A stretch of 64,000 bases of DNA, taken from positions 39,879-103,878 of the forward strand of contig JAVVGL010000006.1 of the NCBI GenBank assembly GCA_032249135.1. Reading direction: 5' to 3'. A model generated the notes under the pieces. It was not told the origin of the DNA. It saw only the letters and a list, made by a program, of their open reading frames with translations, and searched no databases. Both the position numbers and the translations under genes were made by a program. Origin of the DNA: Candidatus Calescibacterium sp. Lineage in GTDB: Bacteria; Calescibacteriota; Calescibacteriia; Calescibacteriales; Calescibacteriaceae. Positions 1-10,056 of this stretch are shown in pieces. Numbering within the stretch: the stretch's first letter is position 1; each line of letters begins with the position of its first letter.

Positions 1-1197
1 CATCCTCTAAAAAGTTATCTCAATATTCCGGCAATAATAGAGGCAGCAAAGAAAACGGGTGCTGACGCAATTCATCCAGGATATGGTTTCCTTTCAGAAA
101 GAGAAGATTTTGTTAAAGCTTGTGAAGATGCAGGGATAATTTTTATAGGTCCGACAGCAAAAAGCATGGAGATAATGGGAGATAAAGCTACTGCGCGAGC
201 TTTCGTAAAAAATCTTGGAATCCCTATTCCACCTGGAACTGATATTTTGAGCTCTCCCGAGGAAGCCGAGGAATTTGCAGAAAAAATCGGATACCCTGTT
301 CTTATAAAAGCTGCTGCTGGTGGCGGGGGAATAGGTATGATGAGAGTAGATAGAAAGGAGGATTTGAAAAAAGCTTACGAGACCGCAAAATCTCGGGCGC
401 TTTCAGCATTCGGAGACGATAGAGTTTATATGGAAAAATACCTTGAATCTCCACACCACATAGAAATTCAGGTTCTCGGAGATGGGAAAGGAGGTGCGGT
501 GACTTTTCCAGAAAGAGAATGTTCAGTTCAAAGAAGACATCAGAAAGTAATAGAAGAGTCTCCATCTACTTTTGCAGATGAAGATTTGAGAAGAAAGCTC
601 AGGGATGCTGCGAGAAAAATAATGTCTGAGCTAAAATATAAATGTGCAGGAACGGTTGAGTTTGTTGTAGATAAATACAAGAATTTTTATTTTCTTGAAG
701 TTAATACGAGATTGCAGGTTGAGCATCCAGCAACGGAAGCCATAACAGGATTTGACCTTGTTGAGTGGCAAATAAGGATAGCAGAGGGTGAAGCACTCCC
801 GAAGGAGGAGGATATAAAGTTTCAAGGATGGGCAATAGAGGCAAGGATATACGCGGAGGACCCAATAAAATTTTTACCATCTCCGGGAGAAATAAAAAGG
901 TTGGTTGAACCTAAATCTTCAAAGTTCAGCTGGAATTCAGAAAATGTAAGACTTGATTGTGGTTATAAAGAGGGGAACAAAATTACTCCTTTTTATGATC
1001 CGCTTATTGCAAAGTTAATAGCTCGTGGTAAAACCCGTGAAGAAGCAATTGAGAATATTTTGAGAGCTCTTGATGAGTTCATAATTGAGGGTCCAAAAAC
1101 TAATATACCATTTTTGAAAGAGGCTATCAATTCACCGCTTTTCAGAAATGGCGGATATGATACACATTTTATTCCACGCCTCCGGGGACTTGAATAA
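1..1197 (+). CDS. accC: Biotin carboxylase (acetyl/propionyl-CoA carboxylase BC subunit), 5'-truncated by the window edge
   Basis: Frame is open from base 1 (HPLKSYLNIPAII...AIHPGYGFLSE); KAAAGGGGIGM, ERECSVQRRHQK, FLEVNTRLQVEHP and YDPLIAKLI motifs. Confidence 0.92.
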   Translation, partial: HPLKSYLNIPAIIEAAKKTGADAIHPGYGFLSEREDFVKACEDAGIIFIGPTAKSMEIMGDKATARAFVKNLGIPIPPGTDILSSPEEAEEFAEKIGYPVLIKAAAGGGGIGMMRVDRKEDLKKAYETAKSRALSAFGDDRVYMEKYLESPHHIEIQVLGDGKGGAVTFPERECSVQRRHQKVIEESPSTFADEDLRRKLRDAARKIMSELKYKCAGTVEFVVDKYKNFYFLEVNTRLQVEHPATEAITGFDLVEWQIRIAEGEALPKEEDIKFQGWAIEARIYAEDPIKFLPSPGEIKRLVEPKSSKFSWNSENVRLDCGYKEGNKITPFYDPLIAKLIARGKTREEAIENILRALDEFIIEGPKTNIPFLKEAINSPLFRNGGYDTHFIPRLRGLE

Positions 1198-1202
1198 GGA
1201 CT

Positions 1203-2087
1203 GTGAATGGTAAAGTTATAGATACATCTGAGATTTTCTTTTTTGAATCATTACCAGATGATCCTCTACTTTTAACAATTACATTCTCAAAAAAATTTTC
1301 TTTGTTTGAAAAAGGAGATAAAGTTCTTGTGGGACTATCAGGCGGAAGAGATTCGGTTTTTCTTACATACATACTTTCTACCTATAAATCAAAATTTGGC
1401 ATATCAGAAGTAGTTGCTGCACACTTTAATCATGGAACACGGGGAAAAGAATCAGAAAGAGATGAAAAATTTTCTGTGTCATTTTGCGAAAGGCTTGGAA
1501 TAAAAATAATTGTTGGCAGAGCTACTTTACCTTTAAAATCAGAGGATGAGATGCGCAAAGAAAGATATAAGTTTTTTGATGAATCAGCTAAAAAGTGTGA
1601 AGCTACAAAAATAGCAACAGCTCACACACTTGACGATAATTTTGAAACTTTTCTTATAAACCTTGTAAGGAGAAAAGGTTTTTTCTCTTTTGGAATATCT
1701 CCTAAAAATTACTCTCTGTGTTCTGTTCCAGTAGTTCGTCCTCTGCTTTCGGTGAAAAGAAGTTCAATAGAAAACTACCTCAAATCAAAAAATATAAGTT
1801 TTGTTTCAGACACATCAAATCTGAATCTCAGATATCTCAGAAACAGAATAAGAGCTTCTTTATATTTAATGCCGCAAGAAATTTACGATAGCATTCTTGA
1901 AGGATTTTTGAGGTTTTGGGCAAGTTGCTATGCTGTTCAGGTTTTCCTTTCAGAAACATTTCAAGAAAACAAAGAAAAAATCCCTCAATTTTTAAGATTT
2001 GAAATTGAAAATTTTGTGAAAGGTGAAATAAAAAGTTTTGAAGATATGAAAAAGTTTATTTCAGATATAAAAAGAAAAAGAAAATAA
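1203..2087 (+). CDS. tilS: tRNA(Ile)-lysidine synthetase, short form; start uncertain
   Basis: SGGRDS PP-loop, HFNHG, AHTLDD, RPLL and DTSN...YLRNRIR motifs. Confidence 0.88.
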   Translation: MNGKVIDTSEIFFFESLPDDPLLLTITFSKKFSLFEKGDKVLVGLSGGRDSVFLTYILSTYKSKFGISEVVAAHFNHGTRGKESERDEKFSVSFCERLGIKIIVGRATLPLKSEDEMRKERYKFFDESAKKCEATKIATAHTLDDNFETFLINLVRRKGFFSFGISPKNYSLCSVPVVRPLLSVKRSSIENYLKSKNISFVSDTSNLNLRYLRNRIRASLYLMPQEIYDSILEGFLRFWASCYAVQVFLSETFQENKEKIPQFLRFEIENFVKGEIKSFEDMKKFISDIKRKRK

Positions 2088-2091
2088 ACTT

Positions 2092-3255
2092 ATGCTTTAC
2101 ATTCTATGTGCTTTTTTGGCAACTTTACCTTGGTTCATAGTAAAATTCACGATAGGGCATCCAAATCCAATTTTGCAAACATTACTTACTGGTTTATCAA
2201 TAATAGGAGCTGGATTTATTCTGACATGGGCTTCTGATGGTTCAAGAAAATTTATATCCGGAGCTCTTGCAATAGCTATTGTAGCTTTACTTGCAGTTCT
2301 GCCGGAATATTCAGTAGATATATATCTTTCGTGGAAGGCAGGAATAAATGAAGAGTATACGCATTATGCAGTCGCAAATATGACAGGAGCAAACAGATTA
2401 CTTATAGGCATAGGGTGGACTGTGATATTATTTGTTCATTTTTTCAAAACAAAAAGAAGTGAAATAGCGTTTGACAGATCTTTGATGGAAGAACTTATTA
2501 TACTTTTTGCAGCGACGGTTTGGTCAATAAATATTTTCTTCAAAAAAAATATATCATTAGTTGATTCTTTAATTTTGGGTGGGCTATTTATTTTTTACAT
2601 TTTAAGGGTTTCAAAAAAAGAGATAGAAGAACTTGAAGAAGATTTTGAACCAGTAAAGACAATCCAATCTCTACCTCCAAAAAAATCTATTCTTCTTATA
2701 ATCTTTATGTTCGTGTGGGCTGGTTTTTCTATATTTATCTCAGCAGAAGCGTTCGCAGAAGGATTAATAAATATAGGTAAAAAATTAGGGGTGAGCGAGT
2801 TTTTACTTATACAGTGGCTCGCACCAATAGCTTCCGAAGCGCCAGAATTTGTAGTCACACTTATATGGGCAACAAAAGGAAGAGGTCAAGACGCTATGAG
2901 AGCTCTCGTTTCTTCAAAAGTAAATCAGTGGACTTTACTTATAGCTTGCATTCCGATCGCTTTCATAATCTCAAAAATATATCACGCAACAGGAGATTAT
3001 CTTTCTCCTATGCCGATGGATTCAAGACAGCAGTGGGAAATTCTTCTGACAGCAGCACAATCTTTACTTGCATTTTTTATTTTGCTTGACCTAAATTTTT
3101 CTGTTATTGAAGCTTCTATCTTACTTATTCTATTTTTATCTCAATTCATTTTTGAACACATAAGAGAAGAGGTAACCTTTGTGTATTTTGTTCTCTGCAT
3201 ACCTATGATTCTCTACAAATTCGGGAAAATAAAAATACCTTTTGGTAAAAAGTAA
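2092..3255 (+). CDS. Sodium:calcium (CaCA family) antiporter
   Basis: Multi-pass membrane protein with alpha-repeat motifs AVLPEY...ANMTGANR and ASEAPE...SSKVNQWT. Confidence 0.82.
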   Translation: MLYILCAFLATLPWFIVKFTIGHPNPILQTLLTGLSIIGAGFILTWASDGSRKFISGALAIAIVALLAVLPEYSVDIYLSWKAGINEEYTHYAVANMTGANRLLIGIGWTVILFVHFFKTKRSEIAFDRSLMEELIILFAATVWSINIFFKKNISLVDSLILGGLFIFYILRVSKKEIEELEEDFEPVKTIQSLPPKKSILLIIFMFVWAGFSIFISAEAFAEGLINIGKKLGVSEFLLIQWLAPIASEAPEFVVTLIWATKGRGQDAMRALVSSKVNQWTLLIACIPIAFIISKIYHATGDYLSPMPMDSRQQWEILLTAAQSLLAFFILLDLNFSVIEASILLILFLSQFIFEHIREEVTFVYFVLCIPMILYKFGKIKIPFGKK

Positions 3256-3716
3256 TGAAAGAGAAAATTTATTTTATTACACTCACATTTTTTGGTGTAG
3301 GGAAAATACCAATTGGGCAGGGTACAGTAGCATCACTTATTTCAGGAATTTTATATTTTTCTTTTATCTCTGGAAACAAATTTTTAGAGATATCTATTAA
3401 CATTTTCATTCTCGCTGTATCTTTTCTTTCCATAAAAAAAGTAAAAAATTTTTGGGAAGGTAATGACCCTCACGAGGTTGTAATAGATGAGGTAGCTGGA
3501 ATGTTTTTGTCTCTTCTTTTGCTACCGAAGGGTTTTTTAGTTTTTGTAGCAGCGCTTTTGATATTCAGATTTTTAGACATAACGAAAATTCCTCCAATTA
3601 TTTTTTTTGACAGAATGAAATCTCCGTACGGAATACTTCTTGATGATATAGTATCTGGGGTAATTGCGAACTTTATAGTAAGGCTACTGCTAAAATTCAA
3701 TATATTGCCAATCTGA
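3255..3716 (+). CDS. pgpA: Phosphatidylglycerophosphatase A
   Basis: GTVAS, DPHEVVIDEVAG, FRFLDITK and GILLDDIVSG motifs. Confidence 0.92.
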   Translation: MKEKIYFITLTFFGVGKIPIGQGTVASLISGILYFSFISGNKFLEISINIFILAVSFLSIKKVKNFWEGNDPHEVVIDEVAGMFLSLLLLPKGFLVFVAALLIFRFLDITKIPPIIFFDRMKSPYGILLDDIVSGVIANFIVRLLLKFNILPI

Positions 3717-3799
3717 AACCTGATTTGCAGAGAAAACTTGATTTTTGAGAATAAAGGCAATTTGTGATAAAATTTTAATTTTTAATATTTGATTTAGGT

Positions 3800-3875
3800 G
3801 TCCCTGTAGCTCAGAAGGAAGAGCACGGTCCTCCTAAGTCCGGGGTCGCGGGTTCGAATCCCGCCAGGGACACCA
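3800..3875 (+). tRNA. tRNA-Arg(CCT)
   Basis: Acceptor stem GTCCCTG/CAGGGAC, D-stem GCTC/GAGC, anticodon loop CT-CCT-AA, T-arm GCGGG-TTCGAAT-CCCGC, encoded ACCA. Confidence 0.93.
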
Positions 3876-3884
3876 AATCAAATT

Positions 3885-4910
3885 TTGAAAATACTGGGTA
3901 CTGTAAATGGAATAACATTCATACACATAAAGGGGAGAAATTTTGGGTTTATAGATTGGCGCGACAAAACAATCTTTATAGCGGAGCTTACAAGAGAGCC
4001 AGAATATGATGGCAAAGAGCTACCTTCTTTCTCACTTGGATTTCTTGGTGAGGAAAAGAAGATTTATGTCAGGTGGGATATTATAATCAGACCTATTCAC
4101 ATTATACTTTTTGTTCTGACCGCAATAACTACAACAATAGCGGGAGCATTAATGCAGGGGATATCTCCTCTCTCGGTGGATATTTGGAAAGGAATATATT
4201 TTTCTGGTCCTTTACTTTTTATTCTTTTGTGTCATGAATTTGGACATATATACTCTATGTGGAAGCACAAAATCAGGAGCACATTTCCTTATTTTATTCC
4301 AGCTCCGAACATAGTTGGAACATTTGGGGCGATAATGGTGTTGAGAGAGAAAATTCAAAAGAGTTCTCAAATAATAAAGACGGGGGCAGCAGGACCTATT
4401 GCAGGATTTGTAGCTGCTATACCAATAGCTTTGATTGGTTTGCTACTTTCCGAAGTCGTAAACGAAACCGAGATGTCAGGAGTACATACTATAAAGCTCG
4501 GAACTCCTCTTATTTTATCTTTGATGCAAAATATGATTTTCGGTTCTTTGGAACTCTCAAAAGATATTATGCTTCACCCTGTGGCTTTTGCCGGATGGAT
4601 AGGATTTTTTATAACAGCTATGAACCTCATTCCAATAGGTCAGACCGACGGAGGACATATAGTTTTTGCTCTTTTCCCATCCTGGCACAGAAAAATTTCT
4701 TTTTTCTTTATAGCTGTTCTTTTTGTTCTCGGTATCTTTTTCTGGTATGGATGGCTATTTTGGGCATTTCTTACCGCAGTTTTGAGTATAAAAAGGATTC
4801 CATATTCCCCGGTAAAAGATGTGAAATTTTCGGATAAAGTCTTGGCAATAGTGGCAGGGGTTATATTTGTTTTAACTTTCATTATTTCTCCATTTCAGAT
4901 TGAATTTTGA
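3885..4910 (+). CDS. Site-2 protease (peptidase M50) family membrane metalloprotease
   Basis: HEFGH zinc motif, AGPIAG, NLIPIGQTDGGH. Confidence 0.9.
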   Translation: MKILGTVNGITFIHIKGRNFGFIDWRDKTIFIAELTREPEYDGKELPSFSLGFLGEEKKIYVRWDIIIRPIHIILFVLTAITTTIAGALMQGISPLSVDIWKGIYFSGPLLFILLCHEFGHIYSMWKHKIRSTFPYFIPAPNIVGTFGAIMVLREKIQKSSQIIKTGAAGPIAGFVAAIPIALIGLLLSEVVNETEMSGVHTIKLGTPLILSLMQNMIFGSLELSKDIMLHPVAFAGWIGFFITAMNLIPIGQTDGGHIVFALFPSWHRKISFFFIAVLFVLGIFFWYGWLFWAFLTAVLSIKRIPYSPVKDVKFSDKVLAIVAGVIFVLTFIISPFQIEF

Positions 4911-4951
4911 AAAATTCGGAGATATAAATTATCTGATTAAAATAAGAGATT

Positions 4952-5024
4952 GGGTCAGTAGCTCAGTAGGTAGAGCGGTGGACTCTTAATCCACAGGTCG
5001 CGGGTTCGAATCCCGCCTGACCCA
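4952..5024 (+). tRNA. tRNA-Lys(CTT), CCA not encoded
   Basis: Acceptor stem GGGTCAG/CTGACCC, anticodon stem GTGGA/TCCAC with loop CT-CTT-AA, TTCGAAT T-loop; discriminator A is followed by CAC. Confidence 0.95.
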
Positions 5025-5034
5025 CACATAAAAT

Positions 5035-5283
5035 ATGGAAGAAATAATAAGGTCTATGGCAAAATTTATAATTCTGACCGGAATAATACTCATATTAGTT
5101 GGAGCGCTGTTTTTTTTAGCTTCTTCATCTCAAGTTTTTGATTTCAAACTAAAAAAGCTCCCGGGCGACATACTAATAAAGAAAGATAATTTCACTTTCT
5201 TTTTCCCTATAACAACATCTATAATTTTGTCAGCCATCTTAACTTTGATCTTAAACATAATAGGGAAAATAATAAGGCATTAG
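5035..5283 (+). CDS. DUF2905-family small membrane protein
   Basis: Two hydrophobic helices around KLPGDI...FTFFFPITTSIILS. Confidence 0.8.
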   Translation: MEEIIRSMAKFIILTGIILILVGALFFLASSSQVFDFKLKKLPGDILIKKDNFTFFFPITTSIILSAILTLILNIIGKIIRH

Positions 5284-5325
5284 TTTAGTAAAACAAAAAC
5301 TCATTTTAGGACGAAATAATTTATA

Positions 5326-7260
5326 GTGATGAAATTCTCCGGAAATACATCAAAAAGAAAGAGAGTTAATCTTATAATTTCCATATTTTTTTTACTTTTT
5401 TCGTTTTTTTCTTCTCATATTGCTCTTGCAGAGGAAAGAGTTTCTATGAACTTCAAAGATATTGACATATTAGACCTTGTTAGGCTTATTTCAGAATGGT
5501 CTGGAAAAAACTATCTTCTTGACCAGAGAATAAGGGGAAAAGTTACGATAATTTCTCCGAGACCTGTTACAAAAAGGGAAGCGCTTGAGATATTCAATTC
5601 TATCCTTTATGCTAATGACCTTGCGCAGGTTGAAGTTGGAAATATCGTAAAAATAGTTCCTGCCGCTGAGGCTCGTCAAAGTCCAATAAAAACCGTAATA
5701 AAAGAGAAAAAACTTCTACCATCAGAAGAGTATGTGACTTTGGTCTTAACTCCTCGTTTTGCAAATGCTGACCAAGTTGCAGGTGTTCTCAGAAATCTGC
5801 TTTCCCGTAATGCGTTTTTACAAACTTACATGCCTACAAACACAATAATACTCATAGAAACAAAAGCAAATATAGAAAGATTAATGCAGATATTAGATGA
5901 AATAGATGTTCCTCCACCTCTTACCACTGAAATGATAAAGCTCAAATACTCTATTGCGCAAGATGTCGTAAATATTTTAACTCAAATAATACCATCTATC
6001 CCCCGTGTTGCAGTATCACCTCAGCAGCAACCCAAAGTTATAGCTGAACCGAGAACTAACTCTATAATAATCGTAGCTCAACCCGATGATATAGAGTATC
6101 TCAAAAAAGTTATAGAGAAGGTAGATGTTCAAGAGGAGAGAGGGGAGGTTAATGTTGTTTATCTCAAATATGCAAAAGCAGAGGAAGTTTCATCTATTTT
6201 ACAAAATATAGTAGGTGGTGGGCTGAGACAGCAACCGGGACCTCAGGTCGTTCAGGCACCGGTGAGAATAGCCGCAGATAAATCTACGAACTCACTCATA
6301 ATCATAGCTTCTCCACCAGACTTTGAAAAAATAAAAGATATAATAAATAAGATAGATGTAGAAAGAAGGCAGGTTTTTGTTTCCGCTGTTATTATGGAAA
6401 TTTCTTCTTCAAGACTTGCTCAATACGGTCTATCTTTTCTTGGTGGAAAAGATATATCAGTTAGAATGGAGGGGACAACAAAGAAAGGTATAGCTGTTTT
6501 AGGAGAATCCGTTGGAGCTCCTTTGCCTTTTCAGATAATAGATCCTACTAAGATAGCTAATATATCTGGACTTCTTTTCGGGTTTTCTTTACCGCCCGCG
6601 AGTGTTGAAGTTGGTGGGCAAACTATATCTTTACCTCCTCTTGCCGCTATCTTGAACGCTCTCGCAACTGATACACAAGTTGATATTCTTTCAACCCCTC
6701 ATATACTTACGCTTGATAATAAAGAAGCAGAAATAAGGGTTGCTACAAATGTCCCGTTCCCAACAGGTCAAATAATAACTGCTGCTGGTCCAGGAGGCGC
6801 TGCTGTGCCAACTATAACTATACAAAGACAGGATATAGGAATAATACTTAAAATTACCCCTCATGTTATAAAAGAGGAGAAAAAGCTTTCTCTTGATATA
6901 TCAGTTGAGATTTCAGATGTCGCAGAAGAACCACCGCCGGGACTTGCAGTTCAGCAACTCGGTATAGCTACAATAAGGAGAACCTCAACAACTTCTATTT
7001 TAGTAGAAGATGGTCAGACAGCAGTTATTGGAGGTCTTATGAGAACAAGAACTTCTCTTTCAAGGGCAAAAGTTCCAATCTTAGGAGATATACCTGTCGT
7101 GGGTTTCCTTTTCAGATCATCTCAAAAAAGAGTTCAGAAATCTAATCTACTCATATTTATAACACCAAAAATAATATGGTCATCCAGTGAAATGGAGGAT
7201 ATAAAGTCAAGAAAAATTCAGGAAAATATCAAGATGAGAAAAGATGAAGGCATGTATTAA
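5326..7260 (+). CDS. gspD: Type II secretion system secretin
   Basis: Signal peptide; N0 domain (MNFKDIDI...GKVTIISP); repeated LKYA...D.RTNSII N-domains; C-terminal secretin motifs LSTPHILTLDNKEA and KVPILGDIPVVGFLF. Confidence 0.93.
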   Translation: MMKFSGNTSKRKRVNLIISIFFLLFSFFSSHIALAEERVSMNFKDIDILDLVRLISEWSGKNYLLDQRIRGKVTIISPRPVTKREALEIFNSILYANDLAQVEVGNIVKIVPAAEARQSPIKTVIKEKKLLPSEEYVTLVLTPRFANADQVAGVLRNLLSRNAFLQTYMPTNTIILIETKANIERLMQILDEIDVPPPLTTEMIKLKYSIAQDVVNILTQIIPSIPRVAVSPQQQPKVIAEPRTNSIIIVAQPDDIEYLKKVIEKVDVQEERGEVNVVYLKYAKAEEVSSILQNIVGGGLRQQPGPQVVQAPVRIAADKSTNSLIIIASPPDFEKIKDIINKIDVERRQVFVSAVIMEISSSRLAQYGLSFLGGKDISVRMEGTTKKGIAVLGESVGAPLPFQIIDPTKIANISGLLFGFSLPPASVEVGGQTISLPPLAAILNALATDTQVDILSTPHILTLDNKEAEIRVATNVPFPTGQIITAAGPGGAAVPTITIQRQDIGIILKITPHVIKEEKKLSLDISVEISDVAEEPPPGLAVQQLGIATIRRTSTTSILVEDGQTAVIGGLMRTRTSLSRAKVPILGDIPVVGFLFRSSQKRVQKSNLLIFITPKIIWSSSEMEDIKSRKIQENIKMRKDEGMY

Positions 7261-7266
7261 AAAAAG

Positions 7267-7992
7267 ATGGAAGAGCGGAGTAAACCCGGTACTTTTTTTC
7301 GGTTTTTGTTTTTGTCTTTGATTTTTTGGCTTCTTTCTTATTCTTTCTCTCTTTCATTTGCTGACGAAAAAAAATCTGTACTGCAAATTCTGGCTTCTGA
7401 CATATCCTTTGAATTCCAAAGAAAAAAGGAGGAGTTTCCAAAAATAATTGTTGGAACTACGGTAGCCTTAACCGCTGCCATACCATTATCTCTGGCTGAT
7501 CAGTATGTAAGAAACCTTGTTTTATCTTCTTATAATAAAACAAAATATGCAGGAGAAGTTATGAGTTTTTTAGGTGAAGGAATTTTTCTTGTTCCTTTCT
7601 CTTTTGCAGGTTATATTTTTGGTTTGGTTTCAGATAACGAAAAAGTGAGGTTGGGGTTTATGAGAGCTATTTACAATTTGGCTTTTACTACCTTCATAGT
7701 TCAATCTCTGAAATTTTCTGGAAGAGAGAGACCAGCTTGGGCAGAATACCAATATTCTTTTTCTCCTTTGAGATTTGAAGATAGATGGAGGTCATTTCCG
7801 TCAGGACACTCCCAAGCGAGCTCATCAGTCTATTTCACCGTAGCAAAAGATGTCTGTGAAAGCAAATTATGTTCTGCGGTGTTTTATTCTTTACCTTTTA
7901 TTGTAGGTGCGGGAAGAATTCTTGTGAATGATCACTGGCTTTCTGATGTTGCTGGTGGTATAATAATAGGATTTTCATTTGAGGTTTTTTGA
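7267..7992 (+). CDS. PAP2-family membrane phosphatase
   Basis: C1 K..GRERP, C2 FPSGHS and C3 GRI...HWLSDV motifs. Confidence 0.9.
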   Translation: MEERSKPGTFFRFLFLSLIFWLLSYSFSLSFADEKKSVLQILASDISFEFQRKKEEFPKIIVGTTVALTAAIPLSLADQYVRNLVLSSYNKTKYAGEVMSFLGEGIFLVPFSFAGYIFGLVSDNEKVRLGFMRAIYNLAFTTFIVQSLKFSGRERPAWAEYQYSFSPLRFEDRWRSFPSGHSQASSSVYFTVAKDVCESKLCSAVFYSLPFIVGAGRILVNDHWLSDVAGGIIIGFSFEVF

Positions 7993-8055
7993 AGATACCC
8001 AGAGTTAATTTTTTTGAATTCTGGGGTTAGAATTACTGAATTGGTTTGAAAGACC

Positions 8056-9192
8056 ATGGGCGAGTTAGTAGATATATGTGTTGTTGGTGCCGGACCTGCT
8101 GGTCTTTCGTTTGCTTTGAGTTTTCCTGAAAAAAATAAAATTTTGGTTTTAGAAAAAGAATATTTCCCTCGTGATAAAGTTTGCGGTGGAGGACTTATAC
8201 CAAAAGCAGTAAAATTACTTTCTGAGCTCGGACTTGTCCCCGGCAAAGATTTTCCTGCAAAGAAAATAAAAAAGATTGTCTTCTCCTCTGATTTGGGTGA
8301 GAAAATTTTTGATGTATCTGATAAGAATTTTATGGTAACAAAAAGATTAGATATGGATTTTGCACTTTTCAAAAAAGCAAAGCAATGCGGCGTCAAAATT
8401 GAAGAAGGAGTGAAATTTTTGGGATACTCAGAAAAAAACGGAAAAATTTTGGTTTCAACAACAAAAGGTTATGTTGAGTGCAAAAAACTTGTGATAGCTA
8501 TGGGTTCTTACCTTAAAAGAGACTCCTACAAGGCTGTAAGGTGGTTTGAAAATCAGAATGTAGAAGATAAGATGTTGTTCTCTATTGAAAGTTTTGGAGA
8601 TGAGTTTGTGTGGTTTTGGAAATTTGATGGCTACGGTTTTTCTGATATAGGCTTTATGTCCCTCAACAAAGACCTCCAAAAAATAAAAGAAAAGATGAAA
8701 AAAAAGGAAGAAAATGAAAATAATAATAACAATAATAAAAGCCAAGTTGAGAACAAAAAAGAATTTTTTGTCATAAATAAGTTCAATCCAAAGACAAAAT
8801 TCAAAAAAGGAAATGTTTTTTTTATTGGAGATTCATACGGAGTAGATACTTTGACAGGGGAGGGAATTTCATCTGCCCTTCACCATGGAATAATGCTTTC
8901 TCGTGTTTTGCAAGGTGGTTCGGATTTGAATCCTTTTCTCTTTTTATCTTTTCGGTCTCTTTTTTATTTTTATAGCTCTTCTCTTTTCAGAAGGCTTTTG
9001 ATCTTCTATTTTTTTTCAAACTTTTTTTATAGAAACGAGAAAACTTTGGATTTAGCGAAAAAAGTTTTGCTTTCTGATGAGTTTTCAAAATTTGTCAGTG
9101 GTTTGAAATTTGAAAGTGATGGAAAAATATCACAGGTACTGGACTTTTTGAAGATTGTAGCCAAAGTTTATTTCAAAAACTTATTGGTTTGA
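8056..9192 (+). CDS. FAD-dependent oxidoreductase, geranylgeranyl reductase family
   Basis: GAGPAG, FPRDKVCGGGL, R..MD..L and IGDS..VD.LTGEGI motifs. Confidence 0.82.
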   Translation: MGELVDICVVGAGPAGLSFALSFPEKNKILVLEKEYFPRDKVCGGGLIPKAVKLLSELGLVPGKDFPAKKIKKIVFSSDLGEKIFDVSDKNFMVTKRLDMDFALFKKAKQCGVKIEEGVKFLGYSEKNGKILVSTTKGYVECKKLVIAMGSYLKRDSYKAVRWFENQNVEDKMLFSIESFGDEFVWFWKFDGYGFSDIGFMSLNKDLQKIKEKMKKKEENENNNNNNKSQVENKKEFFVINKFNPKTKFKKGNVFFIGDSYGVDTLTGEGISSALHHGIMLSRVLQGGSDLNPFLFLSFRSLFYFYSSSLFRRLLIFYFFSNFFYRNEKTLDLAKKVLLSDEFSKFVSGLKFESDGKISQVLDFLKIVAKVYFKNLLV

Positions 9193-9195
9193 AAT

Positions 9196-10056
9196 TTGAT
9201 TAAAATAAAATTGAGTGTAGAGGAGGGTAAAAAATTAAAAAATAAAAGTATGCAGACTTTCAAGGCTTTAATTTACTCTTTCAGATTCCCTCAGTTTTTC
9301 TTCTTTATTTCGGTTTTGATGATGGGATTTTTTTCAGGAGGAACAAAACAAATATATTCTATCACTATCATATTAAAGCTTACTTTTTGTGCGGTTTCAA
9401 TTTTTTTTCTTTGGTGGGGGAACTCACTTATTAATGATCTTTACGACCTTGAAATAGACAAAATAACAAATAGATCAAGACCTTTGGTGAGAGGACTTGC
9501 AAGACCGGAGGATTTCAAAAAATTCGGGTTTTTATTCCTTTTTTTATCTCCTATTCCAGCATTATTTGTTGATTTTTGGGTATTTCTTATAAGCCTTTTG
9601 TATGTTTTTTTATCGATTCTGTATTCACCTTTGAGATGGGGAAAAAGTCCTTTTTCGTCTTTGTTTATAGCGTGTGGTTCATCTTTGGTTTTCTTGCAGG
9701 GGAGCTTGATTTCTGGGAAAATAGATTTGATATTTTCTCTTTTTCTTTTCTTATCTTTGTCTTTGGCTACTACATCAAAGGACTTAAAAGATTACGAGGG
9801 TGAGAAGGGCAAAGTTTTAAATGTCTTTACTTTTTTCGGGAGAGAGAAAGGCAAGGTTATAAATTTTTTCTTGAACTTTTTGGGTATTTTTGTTTGGGTA
9901 TTTTTGGTTCCAAAACTTTTTTGGTTTTTAGTTTTTAGTTCTTTGATCCTATCTTTATTTTTCTTCTTCACAGAAAAACTAAAAATCCTTATGTTTCTTT
10001 ATCTTCTTGTTCTATCTTTTGTGTTCTTTTTTTATGTAAAACCTTATTATTATTGA
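9196..10056 (+). CDS. UbiA-family prenyltransferase; start may be the downstream Met (MQTF...)
   Basis: Both Asp-rich motifs are present (NDLYDLEIDK...RPL and KDLKDYEGE), plus YSP and about 8 TM helices. Confidence 0.88.
   Translation: MIKIKLSVEEGKKLKNKSMQTFKALIYSFRFPQFFFFISVLMMGFFSGGTKQIYSITIILKLTFCAVSIFFLWWGNSLINDLYDLEIDKITNRSRPLVRGLARPEDFKKFGFLFLFLSPIPALFVDFWVFLISLLYVFLSILYSPLRWGKSPFSSLFIACGSSLVFLQGSLISGKIDLIFSLFLFLSLSLATTSKDLKDYEGEKGKVLNVFTFFGREKGKVINFFLNFLGIFVWVFLVPKLFWFLVFSSLILSLFFFFTEKLKILMFLYLLVLSFVFFFYVKPYYY

Noticed and set aside
3800-5024. tRNA genes as integration sites of a genomic island
   Set aside because: No integrase and no duplicated tRNA 3' end found in the window; the shared GGTTCGAATCCCGCC is simply the T-arm of both tRNAs
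8700-8760. AAT microsatellite (poly-Asn) in the GGR-like gene, and a similar tract in cobQ near 34810-34850
   Set aside because: In-frame low-complexity linkers; triplet slippage would not switch phase
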